From: Patescibacteria group bacterium
GTDB taxonomy: Bacteria; Patescibacteriota; Doudnabacteria; UBA920
Assembly (NCBI GenBank): GCA_023484515.1
Contig: JAMDAY010000035.1
Span: 1-53,486, forward strand
DNA length: 53,486 nucleotides
Direction: 5' to 3'
Positions within the stretch are counted from its first letter, which is position 1. Each line of letters starts with the position of its first letter. The notes under the pieces are model-generated. The model was not told the DNA's origin. It was given only the letters and a program-made list of their open reading frames with translations, and ran no database searches. Below, in pieces: positions 17,880-26,944 of this stretch. The position numbers were made by a program, and so were the translations under genes.

Positions 17880-18852
17880 GCAGCCTTACGAACAACTGGA
17901 AACTGCGTGGGCTAGATACATCGGCACCAATGAAGCCGTAGCGGTATCTTCCGGCACCGCCGGGCTACATCTGGCTTTGAAAGCTTTGGGCGTTGGACCG
18001 GGGGATGAAGTGATTGTGCCGGACTTTGGTATGATCGCTGCAGCATTCGCCGTAACGTATTGCGGCGCCAAGCCTATATTCGCGGACTGCCGGCACGAAA
18101 CCGTGGATGTGGACGGCGGGGAAATTAAAAGAAAAATTATCGATAAAACCAAAGCCATTATAATCGAACACCTATACGGCCGACCGGTTTACGAAACCAT
18201 CCCGATTGTTGGTTTAGGCATTCCGGTGATCGAAGATGCCTGCGAAGCGCACGGCGCGGAAATTATCGGCCGAAAAGTTGGAACCTTTGGCAAGCTGGCG
18301 GTGTTTTCGCTCTATCGAAATAAGATCATTCAGGCGGAAGAAGGCGGCTTGGTAAATACTGACGATCCAGTTTTGGCAAACCGGATTCGGGAACTGAAAT
18401 CTATGGCGTTCGGCCACGCGCACGATTACTACCACCATGCCATAGGCTACAACTACCGGATGACCAACATGCAGGCCGAACACGCGCTGATGGAACTGCG
18501 GGACATTAAGTGGTATTTGAAGCAGCGGCAGGCGTGGGCGAACCAACTGGACCAAGCGTTCAGCCACTACACTTTGTCGCGGCCAAGCGGATCTGTTATT
18601 TGGGTTTACGACATGGTGATGGAAAATCAGGATCAGCGGGACCGGGTATTGCAGGCTTTGACTAAGGCAAACATTCCGGCGCGGCACTTTTTTAAGCCCA
18701 TGAGTATGCAGCCGATGTATTGCGGCGCGGACGTGGAAATCGGCAAAAATGCTTTGAGGTTTAGCCAGCGTGGTTTGTATCTGTGCTACCATCGAAGTTT
18801 TGAGCAAAAGGATGTGGATAAAACAATTAAAATAATTAAGGAAAATTTATGA
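17851..18852 (+). CDS. DegT/DnrJ/EryC1/StrS aminotransferase (perosamine synthase-like)
   Basis: SSGTAGLHLAL, IEDACEAHGA, FSLYRNK, EGG, GYNYRMTNMQA. Confidence 0.92.
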   Translation: MQTVTNGIFKQPYEQLETAWARYIGTNEAVAVSSGTAGLHLALKALGVGPGDEVIVPDFGMIAAAFAVTYCGAKPIFADCRHETVDVDGGEIKRKIIDKTKAIIIEHLYGRPVYETIPIVGLGIPVIEDACEAHGAEIIGRKVGTFGKLAVFSLYRNKIIQAEEGGLVNTDDPVLANRIRELKSMAFGHAHDYYHHAIGYNYRMTNMQAEHALMELRDIKWYLKQRQAWANQLDQAFSHYTLSRPSGSVIWVYDMVMENQDQRDRVLQALTKANIPARHFFKPMSMQPMYCGADVEIGKNALRFSQRGLYLCYHRSFEQKDVDKTIKIIKENL

Positions 18853-19073
18853 GCGTATTAGACAAACCGCACCGGCAAGCTGCGGAAAGACTGCTTGCTG
18901 AAATGAGAGAGATGGTATTAGCAGATGAGGTAACGGAAATCCTTTACCGGCGCCAACTGCTTAGATCACCCAATAAGCAACTGGCGGAACAGAACCTAAA
19001 GATGGCGCAAACCAAGATCGCGGCGGAAAAGATCCTGATTCAAAATTTAGAAGAACTGCTGGCGGAAAAGTAG
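18849..19073 (+). CDS. Small helical hypothetical protein
   Basis: ATGA overlap with upstream gene. Confidence 0.55.
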   Translation: MSVLDKPHRQAAERLLAEMREMVLADEVTEILYRRQLLRSPNKQLAEQNLKMAQTKIAAEKILIQNLEELLAEK

Positions 19074-19077
19074 CCAT

Positions 19078-19180
19078 TTGACAAAGTTTCTAATGGTGCT
19101 ACACTGTAGATAACTTAATCTATAGATTCTTCGGAAAGACCGGGAATGCCTTGAAAAAGGCTTCCCGGTTTTATATTTTA
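19078..19180 (+). promoter_or_regulatory. Sigma70 promoter + attenuator module 2
   Basis: TTGACA 19078, TG-c-TACACT 19097-19105; ATTCT-T-CGG-AAAGA-CCG-GGAAT; terminator ACCGGGAA-T-GCCTT-GAAA-AAGGC-TTCCCGGT + T-rich tract. Confidence 0.75.
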
Positions 19181-19193
19181 GGAAACAAAATAT

Positions 19194-21014
19194 ATGGCTG
19201 CAAAATCCAAAAGCTCAAAAAATACGGTATTTGGAAAGGTCCAAAAAGAAGTTGCATCCGTGGAAACCTACGGCGTGTCGATGCCTTCGGGCTACCAATT
19301 CAACTACCTTTCCATCCTGAATAAGATTGACCTGTATTTTGCATCCCGCTTTTTAAAGGGCCAGTATGACAGCGAAAACTTTAAAAAGCTGTTCATCAAC
19401 ATCAGCAAATACCGGGTAAACACAGCCACCAAATCGGTCAATATCGGCACCAAGAACGTAAAAATCAGGTCCGCCAACGGGCAGTATTACCACGCGTGGT
19501 TTTTTGAACATGAGCTGCGGGACTGGATGCGCGAAAACGGCTGGGGCAAAATGTTCAACGATATTTGCAGCAAGTGGCCGCGCTACGGGTCCGTAATCGT
19601 CAAAGACGTGAACGGCAACCCGGTTTTAATGCAACTGCGCAACATCATTTGGGACATGACCTTAAACAGCATGATGGCTTCCACCTTCATCGATGAAAAG
19701 CACATCTACAACTTTGACGAATTTTACGAAGCCGGCAAGAAGTATGGCTGGGACAACGTGGAACAAGTGATGGACATGTATGAAAAGCAAAAGCTGGAAG
19801 AAATTCAGGTAATCGAGCGTTACGGCTACGTGCCGGGAGATGAACTGACTGAAAACCCGCAGTTGCCTACGGATTTGGTTAAGGCCCGGACCATTATTAC
19901 CGGGATGGAATGGTATCAGCAGGAATCGGGACGTAACACGCAAAACCGTAAAAATATAAAATCTAAGCCGGAAGTTTTGGAAAGCATAAAAATTCAAAAG
20001 CCGCCTTACCGGAAACTGGATTGGGAAGAAGAAGAAAACCGCGGACTTGGCGTAGGCGTGATGGAAGATCTGTTCCAGCATCAGGAATATCATAATGACG
20101 TTACCCATTTGGAAAGAAAATCTTTGCACTGGTCTTCCAAAAAATTCTTTAACAGCCGGGATCCGGAAGCGCCTTCCAATTTGTTTTCGCAGGCTACTAA
20201 CGGCACGGTATTTAATTTAAAGTCCGAACTGACGCAGGTAGATATGGCGGAACGCAACCTGCCGCAGTATAATTTAGTATTTAACCGGATTAAGGATTCA
20301 GCTGATAATAACGCCTTTACCCATGAAATCGTAACCGGTGAAGCGATGGGTAGTGGCGTGCCATTTAGATTAGGCGCACTTTTGTCCAATGCGGTTAATA
20401 CCCATTATGCCTTTAAGCGCGAAAATTTAGGGTTGTTTATTGAAGATATTATTTATGATTTTGTGGTGCCACAGTTTAAAAAGGAAAAGCGCGGCGAACA
20501 TGACTTTATCTTCAGTGGGGATCGCGATCAATTAGAGCAGGCCCGGGAATTTATGATCGCGGCTTATATGGATGAAATGGTCAAAAAGCATGAGAAGAAG
20601 TATGGCGCAGTGCCGTCTTTGGCAGCTTTTGACCGCGAACTGCAAAAGGTAACGCAAATGGTAGAACGTAGGGACCAGATTTCCATGACCTTGCCAGCAG
20701 GCTTTTATGATGACATTAAGGAAAAAGTCAAAGTGGATGTTTCCGGCGATAGCACAGATTCCGTGGATATGGAATCTTTGGGTAACATCTTAAAGATTGT
20801 TTTGGAAGCAGGTCCGGCTTTGCAGCAGAATGAAACCGCCATGCGTTTGCTCGAGCAGATTGCCAACGAAGCAGGGCAAAGCCCAATTAAATTATTTGGC
20901 ATTAAAACTAAGGCCGCTGCGCCGAATAACATGGGCGGCGCTGCACCCGCGCCGGCTGCGGCAGCGATTGCTAAAGCCGCGGACATGCCGCAAACGGAAG
21001 GACTACCGCAATGA
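19194..21014 (+). CDS. Portal protein (podovirus/P22-like)
   Basis: 606 aa; RYGSVIVK, GLGVGVMEDLFQHQEYHN, helical C-terminus with A/P tail; precedes adaptor. Confidence 0.7.
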   Translation: MAAKSKSSKNTVFGKVQKEVASVETYGVSMPSGYQFNYLSILNKIDLYFASRFLKGQYDSENFKKLFINISKYRVNTATKSVNIGTKNVKIRSANGQYYHAWFFEHELRDWMRENGWGKMFNDICSKWPRYGSVIVKDVNGNPVLMQLRNIIWDMTLNSMMASTFIDEKHIYNFDEFYEAGKKYGWDNVEQVMDMYEKQKLEEIQVIERYGYVPGDELTENPQLPTDLVKARTIITGMEWYQQESGRNTQNRKNIKSKPEVLESIKIQKPPYRKLDWEEEENRGLGVGVMEDLFQHQEYHNDVTHLERKSLHWSSKKFFNSRDPEAPSNLFSQATNGTVFNLKSELTQVDMAERNLPQYNLVFNRIKDSADNNAFTHEIVTGEAMGSGVPFRLGALLSNAVNTHYAFKRENLGLFIEDIIYDFVVPQFKKEKRGEHDFIFSGDRDQLEQAREFMIAAYMDEMVKKHEKKYGAVPSLAAFDRELQKVTQMVERRDQISMTLPAGFYDDIKEKVKVDVSGDSTDSVDMESLGNILKIVLEAGPALQQNETAMRLLEQIANEAGQSPIKLFGIKTKAAAPNNMGGAAPAPAAAAIAKAADMPQTEGLPQ

Positions 21015-21769
21015 AATTTTACGATACAAGCAACCCATACGACAGCTTAGTTCACTATGTGAACGATTTATTAGGTTTGGCATCCGGCGATACTACGGTT
21101 TATTCCTTAGCGGCCAAAGCTCGGGCAGCCAATACTTCCAAATATCTGCTGGCGCTGATGCTGATGAAAGCAAGTGATGCATGGTCTTGGGATGATAATG
21201 CTCAAACGGATTTGCCAATTGCCACCTGTCCTTTGGAGGCAGGGCAGCGGGATTATACCTTGCCGGCTTATGCTATTGGTTTAGAACGCGTGGAAATCAA
21301 AGACAGCGCAGGCAATTATTATCGGTTAAACCCGATGGACGAAACTGATCGGCCGGGCGCCTTGACCAATTACGGCGAATCAAACGGCAAACCTGTAAAT
21401 TATTGGATAAAGGGTAGATCTTTGTTTATAGATCCGGCGCCGGCTGCGGCAGATGTAACTTTATTGGCTGGCTTAAAAATATACTTCCCGCGCGAAATTA
21501 GCGAGTTTAACGCTTCCACCACTACTTCGGAAATAGGGTTTGACGAACCTGGGGATCGGGCCGTGGCTTTGATGGTGGCGGAAGAATTTGCAGGCACGCA
21601 TCCGGGCTATGACAGCCAATTAGACTTTATCCAGCTTAAATTATACGGCGGGGTTAAAAACGGCAAGCCGGTGCAGGGACTTTTGGATTTGATTACCAAT
21701 CAAGAAGGATCTAATAAATTAAAAGACATGCCACCGCATATCAGGATAGTGGTGGAAGATATGGAATAA
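21011..21769 (+). CDS. Head-tail adaptor / tail tubular protein A-like
   Basis: LEAGQRDYTLP, GKPVNYW...LFIDPAP pattern. Confidence 0.6.
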   Translation: MKFYDTSNPYDSLVHYVNDLLGLASGDTTVYSLAAKARAANTSKYLLALMLMKASDAWSWDDNAQTDLPIATCPLEAGQRDYTLPAYAIGLERVEIKDSAGNYYRLNPMDETDRPGALTNYGESNGKPVNYWIKGRSLFIDPAPAAADVTLLAGLKIYFPREISEFNASTTTSEIGFDEPGDRAVALMVAEEFAGTHPGYDSQLDFIQLKLYGGVKNGKPVQGLLDLITNQEGSNKLKDMPPHIRIVVEDME

Positions 21770-21805
21770 ACATTTTAATTAACAAATTAAGAAAGGAATA
21801 AATAT

Positions 21806-22213
21806 ATGGCAGCATTTAATAAATTTAATGCCTTTGTGGAGGCGGTAGCGGAAAAGGTCCACAACTTAGGCAGTGATACCTTAAAAGTCGCTTTGACCAA
21901 TTCCGCGCCGGTAGCCACCAACGCGGTTTTGGCCGATATTACGGAAATCAGTTATACCAACATATCGGACAGGACAGTTACGGTTTCTTCATCGGCGCAG
22001 ACTTCCGGCACTTATAAGCTGGTGTGTGCGGATTTGGTTTTGACCGCCACCGGTGCGGTGGGGCCTTTTCGGTATGTGGTATTGTATAACGATACACCGG
22101 CCGGAAAAAACCTGATTGGGTGGTGGGATTACGGATCCGCTATTACCTTAGCGAGCGGCAATACCTTTACGGTTGATTTTGACGGCACAAACGGGGTTTT
22201 ACAATTAGCCTAA
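21806..22213 (+). CDS. Conserved phage virion protein
   Basis: HNLGSDTLKVALTN...GPFRYVVLYNDT; strong SD AAGGA. Confidence 0.6.
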   Translation: MAAFNKFNAFVEAVAEKVHNLGSDTLKVALTNSAPVATNAVLADITEISYTNISDRTVTVSSSAQTSGTYKLVCADLVLTATGAVGPFRYVVLYNDTPAGKNLIGWWDYGSAITLASGNTFTVDFDGTNGVLQLA

Positions 22214-22228
22214 TAACTTATATCACTT

Positions 22229-23386
22229 ATGGCCGGAATAGATTCCTATGTTAAATTGATGCTTCATATGGATGGAACGGATGCATCCACGACTTTTACC
22301 GATTCGGAAACCACGCCAAAAACTGTTACGGCCAACGGTAACGCACAAATTGATACGGCTCAAAGCAAATTTGGCGGGGCATCAGGGCTATTTGATGGCA
22401 CAGGGGATTATCTTACTTTAGCTGATAACGCAGATTGGGCATTCGGCAGCGGGGCTTTCACCGTAGATTTCTGGATTAAAGTTAATGCAAATCCTGCTGC
22501 CATAGCAACCCTACTAGCGCAATGGCCGGATGCCGGAGGAACCCAAAGGTCTTGGGATATTGCCTTAAATCCTGACGGAACGATTAGAGTTGATGTTAGA
22601 ATAGAACCTAGCACTTATTCTGTTAATTCTGTTGCCGCAGTAAATAACGGGGCTTGGCATCATATAGCAATGGTGAGAAACGGCGATACATTGACTTTAT
22701 ATATTGACGGGTCTGCTTCCGGAACACCTGCATCGTTGGCTACATCAGGATCATTAAACGATTCAACTGATTCCCTATATATTGCAGCATATAATTTAAA
22801 CCCAGGTCTTGGGTATGAATTTAATGGCTGGCTTGATGAATTACGAATTAGCAAAGGAATTGCCAGATGGACTACCAATTTTACGCCGCCATCTGCCGCT
22901 TATAGCGCCACTGAAGCTTACACACTTGCTGCCGCATACTCCACTTTTACATTAACCGGGGAAGCATCATTATTTAAGATCGCTTTAAAAATTCTTGCGG
23001 CTTACGGGTCTATTTTATTAAGCGGTCAGACAACTTTGTTCAAATGGGGGCGAAAAGTCGCGGCGGCAGTGGGGAATTTTGTTCTGACTGGATATAGCGT
23101 GGCATTGAATTATGGCAAGATTTTGACTGCGGCAGCGGCATCTTTCACCTTAACAGGCCAAGCGGCATCTTTGGTAAAAGCCTTGATAATGGGCGCAGTA
23201 AACGCAACCTTTAGCTTAACCGGGAATTTAGTGACTTTTTTAGTAAATGGAATGGCTATCCTGTGGACCAAACAAAACAAATCCGCCGATCCGACATGGA
23301 CCAAACAAAACAAATCCGCCGATCCGACATGGACCAAACAAAACAAATCCGCCGATCCGACATGGACCAAACAAAATAGAAGTTAA
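22229..23386 (+). CDS. LamG-like jellyroll tail fibre/receptor-binding protein
   Basis: LMLHMDG, FTVDFWIK, WHHIAMVRNG, LYIDG, GWLDELRISKGIARW. Confidence 0.8.
   Translation: MAGIDSYVKLMLHMDGTDASTTFTDSETTPKTVTANGNAQIDTAQSKFGGASGLFDGTGDYLTLADNADWAFGSGAFTVDFWIKVNANPAAIATLLAQWPDAGGTQRSWDIALNPDGTIRVDVRIEPSTYSVNSVAAVNNGAWHHIAMVRNGDTLTLYIDGSASGTPASLATSGSLNDSTDSLYIAAYNLNPGLGYEFNGWLDELRISKGIARWTTNFTPPSAAYSATEAYTLAAAYSTFTLTGEASLFKIALKILAAYGSILLSGQTTLFKWGRKVAAAVGNFVLTGYSVALNYGKILTAAAASFTLTGQAASLVKALIMGAVNATFSLTGNLVTFLVNGMAILWTKQNKSADPTWTKQNKSADPTWTKQNKSADPTWTKQNRS
23264..23376 (+). repeat. Perfect 33-bp tandem repeat x3.4 (WTKQNKSADPT)
   Basis: TGGACCAAACAAAACAAATCCGCCGATCCGACA three identical copies plus a partial copy. 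Confidence 0.97.
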
Positions 23387-23392
23387 AAATAT

Positions 23393-24817
23393 ATGGTTAT
23401 ACCAGAAGGTGCAGTAAAAATATTTGAGCTTTCCGCTGCTGATTTTTTAAAGGGCATTTCCTATCAGCGCTTTGCTGCCATTGGCGGATTATTCCAAATT
23501 TTGAACGATACGGATCCGTTTGAAGTTTTGGGGTATTTAATACCTTCTTTGACTCCCACGCGACGCGGGGATGCTACGGTTTTAACCACGCCACTATATT
23601 CAACCGAAGTCAATGACGCTGGCACTTCTTACATTTATCTGCACGACGCTTCAAAGCTGTATCAGGTTAATACTTTAAGCGGGGCTGTAACTGATATTAC
23701 CGCATCTTCGGGCATTACAACCGGATCAGCCAAAGGCGCAATCACGTGGAAGGGCAAATACATTTATGCGCTTAACGGGTCCGTGGTTGCCAATACGATC
23801 GGCACCAATACAAACACCACGCTTTTAACCGGCTTAAATACCAATGACCATGTTTTTTGCATCGGCCCTGATGGTAATTTGTATGTTACTGATGGTAATG
23901 CTGTCCACATCCTGACTTCTGCAACCGGCACCACGGGCAATTCCTTAAATGCCGTGGTCATGGAAACCGGCATGACAATTCGGGATTTGCTGAATGACGG
24001 GCAGTATTTGGTTTTAATTGCCGATGCCAGCGGCACGGCCACGTATGGCAGGTATCGCTGCGTGGTGGCTTTTTGGGATTTGGCAAAAGCCTCTTTTGAC
24101 ATTTTATGGGACTACTGGGAAACCAAATTTATCGGCGGGGAAATTTTGGATGATGATATTATCGTATTCGGCCAAGACAATATGTATCGGTGCGGCCGCG
24201 GGTATAAGTTGCGGAAGTTTTTTACTTTCCGCGGCAACAGCACTATAACGGTCAGGCCAAACGGTCCGCAGTCAATAATAAAAGTTGGCGGATCTATTTA
24301 TTGGGGCGGGGCATCTTCCAGCAGGATATATGCTTACGGCACGCAGATTGAAGGCGGCAAGAGAATATTTTATCAGCCTTACAGCGTCGGTGCCGGCAAT
24401 ATATCTTGTTTAGGTTTTAATGGTAGTTCGGTTTTTGCCGCCTGTGATCAGCCGGCTTTGTATCAGATGAATGCCGGTGCTACGCGGGGAAACTGCGATG
24501 CCTATACAACAATAATCCAATTAAAACGCGCGTATAAAATGGCTTTTGCTAAAGCTGTGTTTCGGGACAGAATGTCAGCAAACCAATCAATTGCCTTGCA
24601 GGTTATTGAAAGCGACGGGGCTGCTACGATTTCCCTAAGTGACACTAAGGCTTACGCAAATGTGGGCGCGCTTAAACGCACTACCTTTTATCCTTATGGA
24701 AACAGGACAACGGAAGACTTTGAATCTTTTTATGTGGAATTGACTTTAGGCAAACTGGCATTGGAAAGATTTGAATTATGGGCCGTGCCTTTAGGATTAA
24801 CCGGAACACAACAATAA
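23393..24817 (+). CDS. Beta-propeller tail nozzle / DNA-stabilisation protein
   Basis: Beta-rich repeats; position after adaptor in a podovirus-like module. Confidence 0.55.
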   Translation: MVIPEGAVKIFELSAADFLKGISYQRFAAIGGLFQILNDTDPFEVLGYLIPSLTPTRRGDATVLTTPLYSTEVNDAGTSYIYLHDASKLYQVNTLSGAVTDITASSGITTGSAKGAITWKGKYIYALNGSVVANTIGTNTNTTLLTGLNTNDHVFCIGPDGNLYVTDGNAVHILTSATGTTGNSLNAVVMETGMTIRDLLNDGQYLVLIADASGTATYGRYRCVVAFWDLAKASFDILWDYWETKFIGGEILDDDIIVFGQDNMYRCGRGYKLRKFFTFRGNSTITVRPNGPQSIIKVGGSIYWGGASSSRIYAYGTQIEGGKRIFYQPYSVGAGNISCLGFNGSSVFAACDQPALYQMNAGATRGNCDAYTTIIQLKRAYKMAFAKAVFRDRMSANQSIALQVIESDGAATISLSDTKAYANVGALKRTTFYPYGNRTTEDFESFYVELTLGKLALERFELWAVPLGLTGTQQ

Positions 24818-24818
24818 C

Positions 24819-25328
24819 ATGAAAAAAGAAGATCCATTCAAAGATCATTTGGTTGAAAACGTGGTAATTGAGCCGGAACAGCAGCATCAAAATTCGCCGC
24901 AGCAGACGAGTTTGCACCAATTAATTGGCTCATTGACTTTTACAGTTTTTGCCAAAGTCGCGGATACAGACGCGCAAACTGCGGCCAAATACGGACCCGT
25001 GTTTATAGCACCATTTCCTTGCGCGCTTATAAAATTTCAGGAACGCCATGCCGTAGCAGGCAGCGATGCTGGGGCAGTTACGCTGGATTTAGAAAAGGTG
25101 TCATCTGGGACAGCCAAAGGATCAGGCACAACCATGTTGGCATCTACCCTTGATTTAAAGGCTGCGGCTGACACTATCCAAAACGGATCTTTGACTGCAA
25201 CATATGCAAATCGGGAATTGGCGATTGGTGATGCAATAGCTTTAAAAACATCTGGCGCTTTGACTGCTTTAAAAGATGTATGTGTGGAACTAACTTTTAA
25301 AGTCTTATTAACTAAAATAAATATTTAA
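24819..25328 (+). CDS. Virion beta-sandwich protein
   Basis: Beta-rich, A/T/G-rich; in tail module. Confidence 0.5.
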   Translation: MKKEDPFKDHLVENVVIEPEQQHQNSPQQTSLHQLIGSLTFTVFAKVADTDAQTAAKYGPVFIAPFPCALIKFQERHAVAGSDAGAVTLDLEKVSSGTAKGSGTTMLASTLDLKAAADTIQNGSLTATYANRELAIGDAIALKTSGALTALKDVCVELTFKVLLTKINI

Positions 25329-25332
25329 ATAT

Positions 25333-26943
25333 ATGGCCCAAGATTTAGCAACCCAAACCCAAACAACACCACCGCCTACAACTTTTAAGTTAGGCGATGG
25401 CAGCGAATATGACATTAACGGCGCGCAGGTTAAGCCGGCAGGATCCGCGCCGGATTTTAAAGTAACCCCGCCTGCGTCTTTTGATGCTAACACGGTTAAG
25501 AATGCTTTTGATCCAAACGCGCCAACTGTGGCAGATATTAGGAATACTCTTACCACTAAACAAAGTGCAATTGATACTAGCTTGCAGCGCGTGTTAGATT
25601 ATTTTACCCCTACGGCGGAAGAAACTTCGGCCGCTACTAATGTGGCAAAGTTAAAAGGCGAAGCAGCCCAAATTCAGGAAGATACCCAAAATACAATTGC
25701 GCAGGAAGGGCAAAATCCGGTTTTAACGGCCGTAAATACCGCTAAGCAGTATGAAACCCAAAGGCAAGGACAATACAAATTAAACAGCAAAAATATAGAA
25801 CTGCAAACTGCTTTGGATGTGTTAGGAAATTTGCAGACTTCCCGGCAGGCGAAACTGGATGCTGCCAAATTTGTGTATGATGCAAGTAAAAATGACCTTG
25901 CCGACACAATTAATATTTATAAGGCATTGGCACCTGAAAGCATTGGAACACAGGTAGATCAGGTTACGGGTAATGTTTATGTCATGACTAAAAATCCTTT
26001 GACAGGGCAAGTAACCACGCAAAAAGCCGGGAATATCGGACCTTCTAAAACCTATCAATCAACTAAAATCGATGTGGATGAAAATACTGGTGACACTGTA
26101 TTTTATGGGGTTAAACCCGATGGCAGCATTGAAACAAAAATTTTGTCTAAAGGCACAGGACCAACGAACATCCAATATACCACGCAGGATGTCGGCGGCC
26201 GCGTGGTCAGGTTTGGATTTGATAAATCCGGCAAAATGGTTAGCCGACAAGATTTGGGATCTTCTTCTTCCGGCGCGGGAAGTATGGTATCGCCTATGGA
26301 TTTGGTGGCCTATGCACAGCAATACGCTTCTAATGGTCAAATTCCTACTGGACTGCCAAAAGGAACGTTTGGTGTAGTTTCTGATATTGCCAAATCATTA
26401 CCTAAACCAGCAGGCACTTTGGTTAATAGCAATACAGGTATAGCGCCAGATGGAATTTCTTCCACACAAAAGGATGGTATAACCGCGCTTTACGATTTGC
26501 AAAAGAAATTAGATCAGGCAAAAGGGTTATTTAGTCAAATGTCCACTGGCGTTTTGGCAGGAACTTTTTCATGGATACATCCATCTGATACGCGGCAGGC
26601 TTACGCCACCTTGCAGGGTGAAATTACCGATTTATTGGCTAGAGCCAGAACCGGCGCGGCGATCACCGCTTACGAAGAAAAACAATATAGCGATAAATTG
26701 CCCGGATGGTGGAACAAGACTTTGTGGCTTGGCGGTGAAGGGGAAAATAAAATTGACAATCTTAAATCATCGCTTGCAGGCAAACTAGATTCAACATTAA
26801 AAATTAATGGGTTATCTATCTACGGATATTCCAAAATCAAATTATCTGATGGCAAGGAATACACTGTTGGGGATGTCCTTTCCAATGCTCAAGGCCAGCA
26901 GGCCCGGGTAAATCCGGATGGATCCTTAACCCCCCTTAACTAA
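25333..26943 (+). CDS. Putative internal virion/DNA-ejection protein
   Basis: Q/T-rich helical protein, LARARTGAAIT..E motif; position after tail genes. Confidence 0.5.
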   Translation: MAQDLATQTQTTPPPTTFKLGDGSEYDINGAQVKPAGSAPDFKVTPPASFDANTVKNAFDPNAPTVADIRNTLTTKQSAIDTSLQRVLDYFTPTAEETSAATNVAKLKGEAAQIQEDTQNTIAQEGQNPVLTAVNTAKQYETQRQGQYKLNSKNIELQTALDVLGNLQTSRQAKLDAAKFVYDASKNDLADTINIYKALAPESIGTQVDQVTGNVYVMTKNPLTGQVTTQKAGNIGPSKTYQSTKIDVDENTGDTVFYGVKPDGSIETKILSKGTGPTNIQYTTQDVGGRVVRFGFDKSGKMVSRQDLGSSSSGAGSMVSPMDLVAYAQQYASNGQIPTGLPKGTFGVVSDIAKSLPKPAGTLVNSNTGIAPDGISSTQKDGITALYDLQKKLDQAKGLFSQMSTGVLAGTFSWIHPSDTRQAYATLQGEITDLLARARTGAAITAYEEKQYSDKLPGWWNKTLWLGGEGENKIDNLKSSLAGKLDSTLKINGLSIYGYSKIKLSDGKEYTVGDVLSNAQGQQARVNPDGSLTPLN

Positions 26944-26944
26944 T

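Noticed and set aside
19148-19161. Lambda boxB (GCCTTGAAAAAGGC)
   Set aside because: It is the GNRA-capped top of the terminator in only one of the three modules, and no boxA is seen
23264-23376. CRISPR array
   Set aside because: Repeats are contiguous with no spacers, in frame within a CDS, and no cas genes are present
22229-24817. Diversity-generating retroelement target
   Set aside because: No reverse transcriptase and no adenine-mismatched TR/VR pair found in the window
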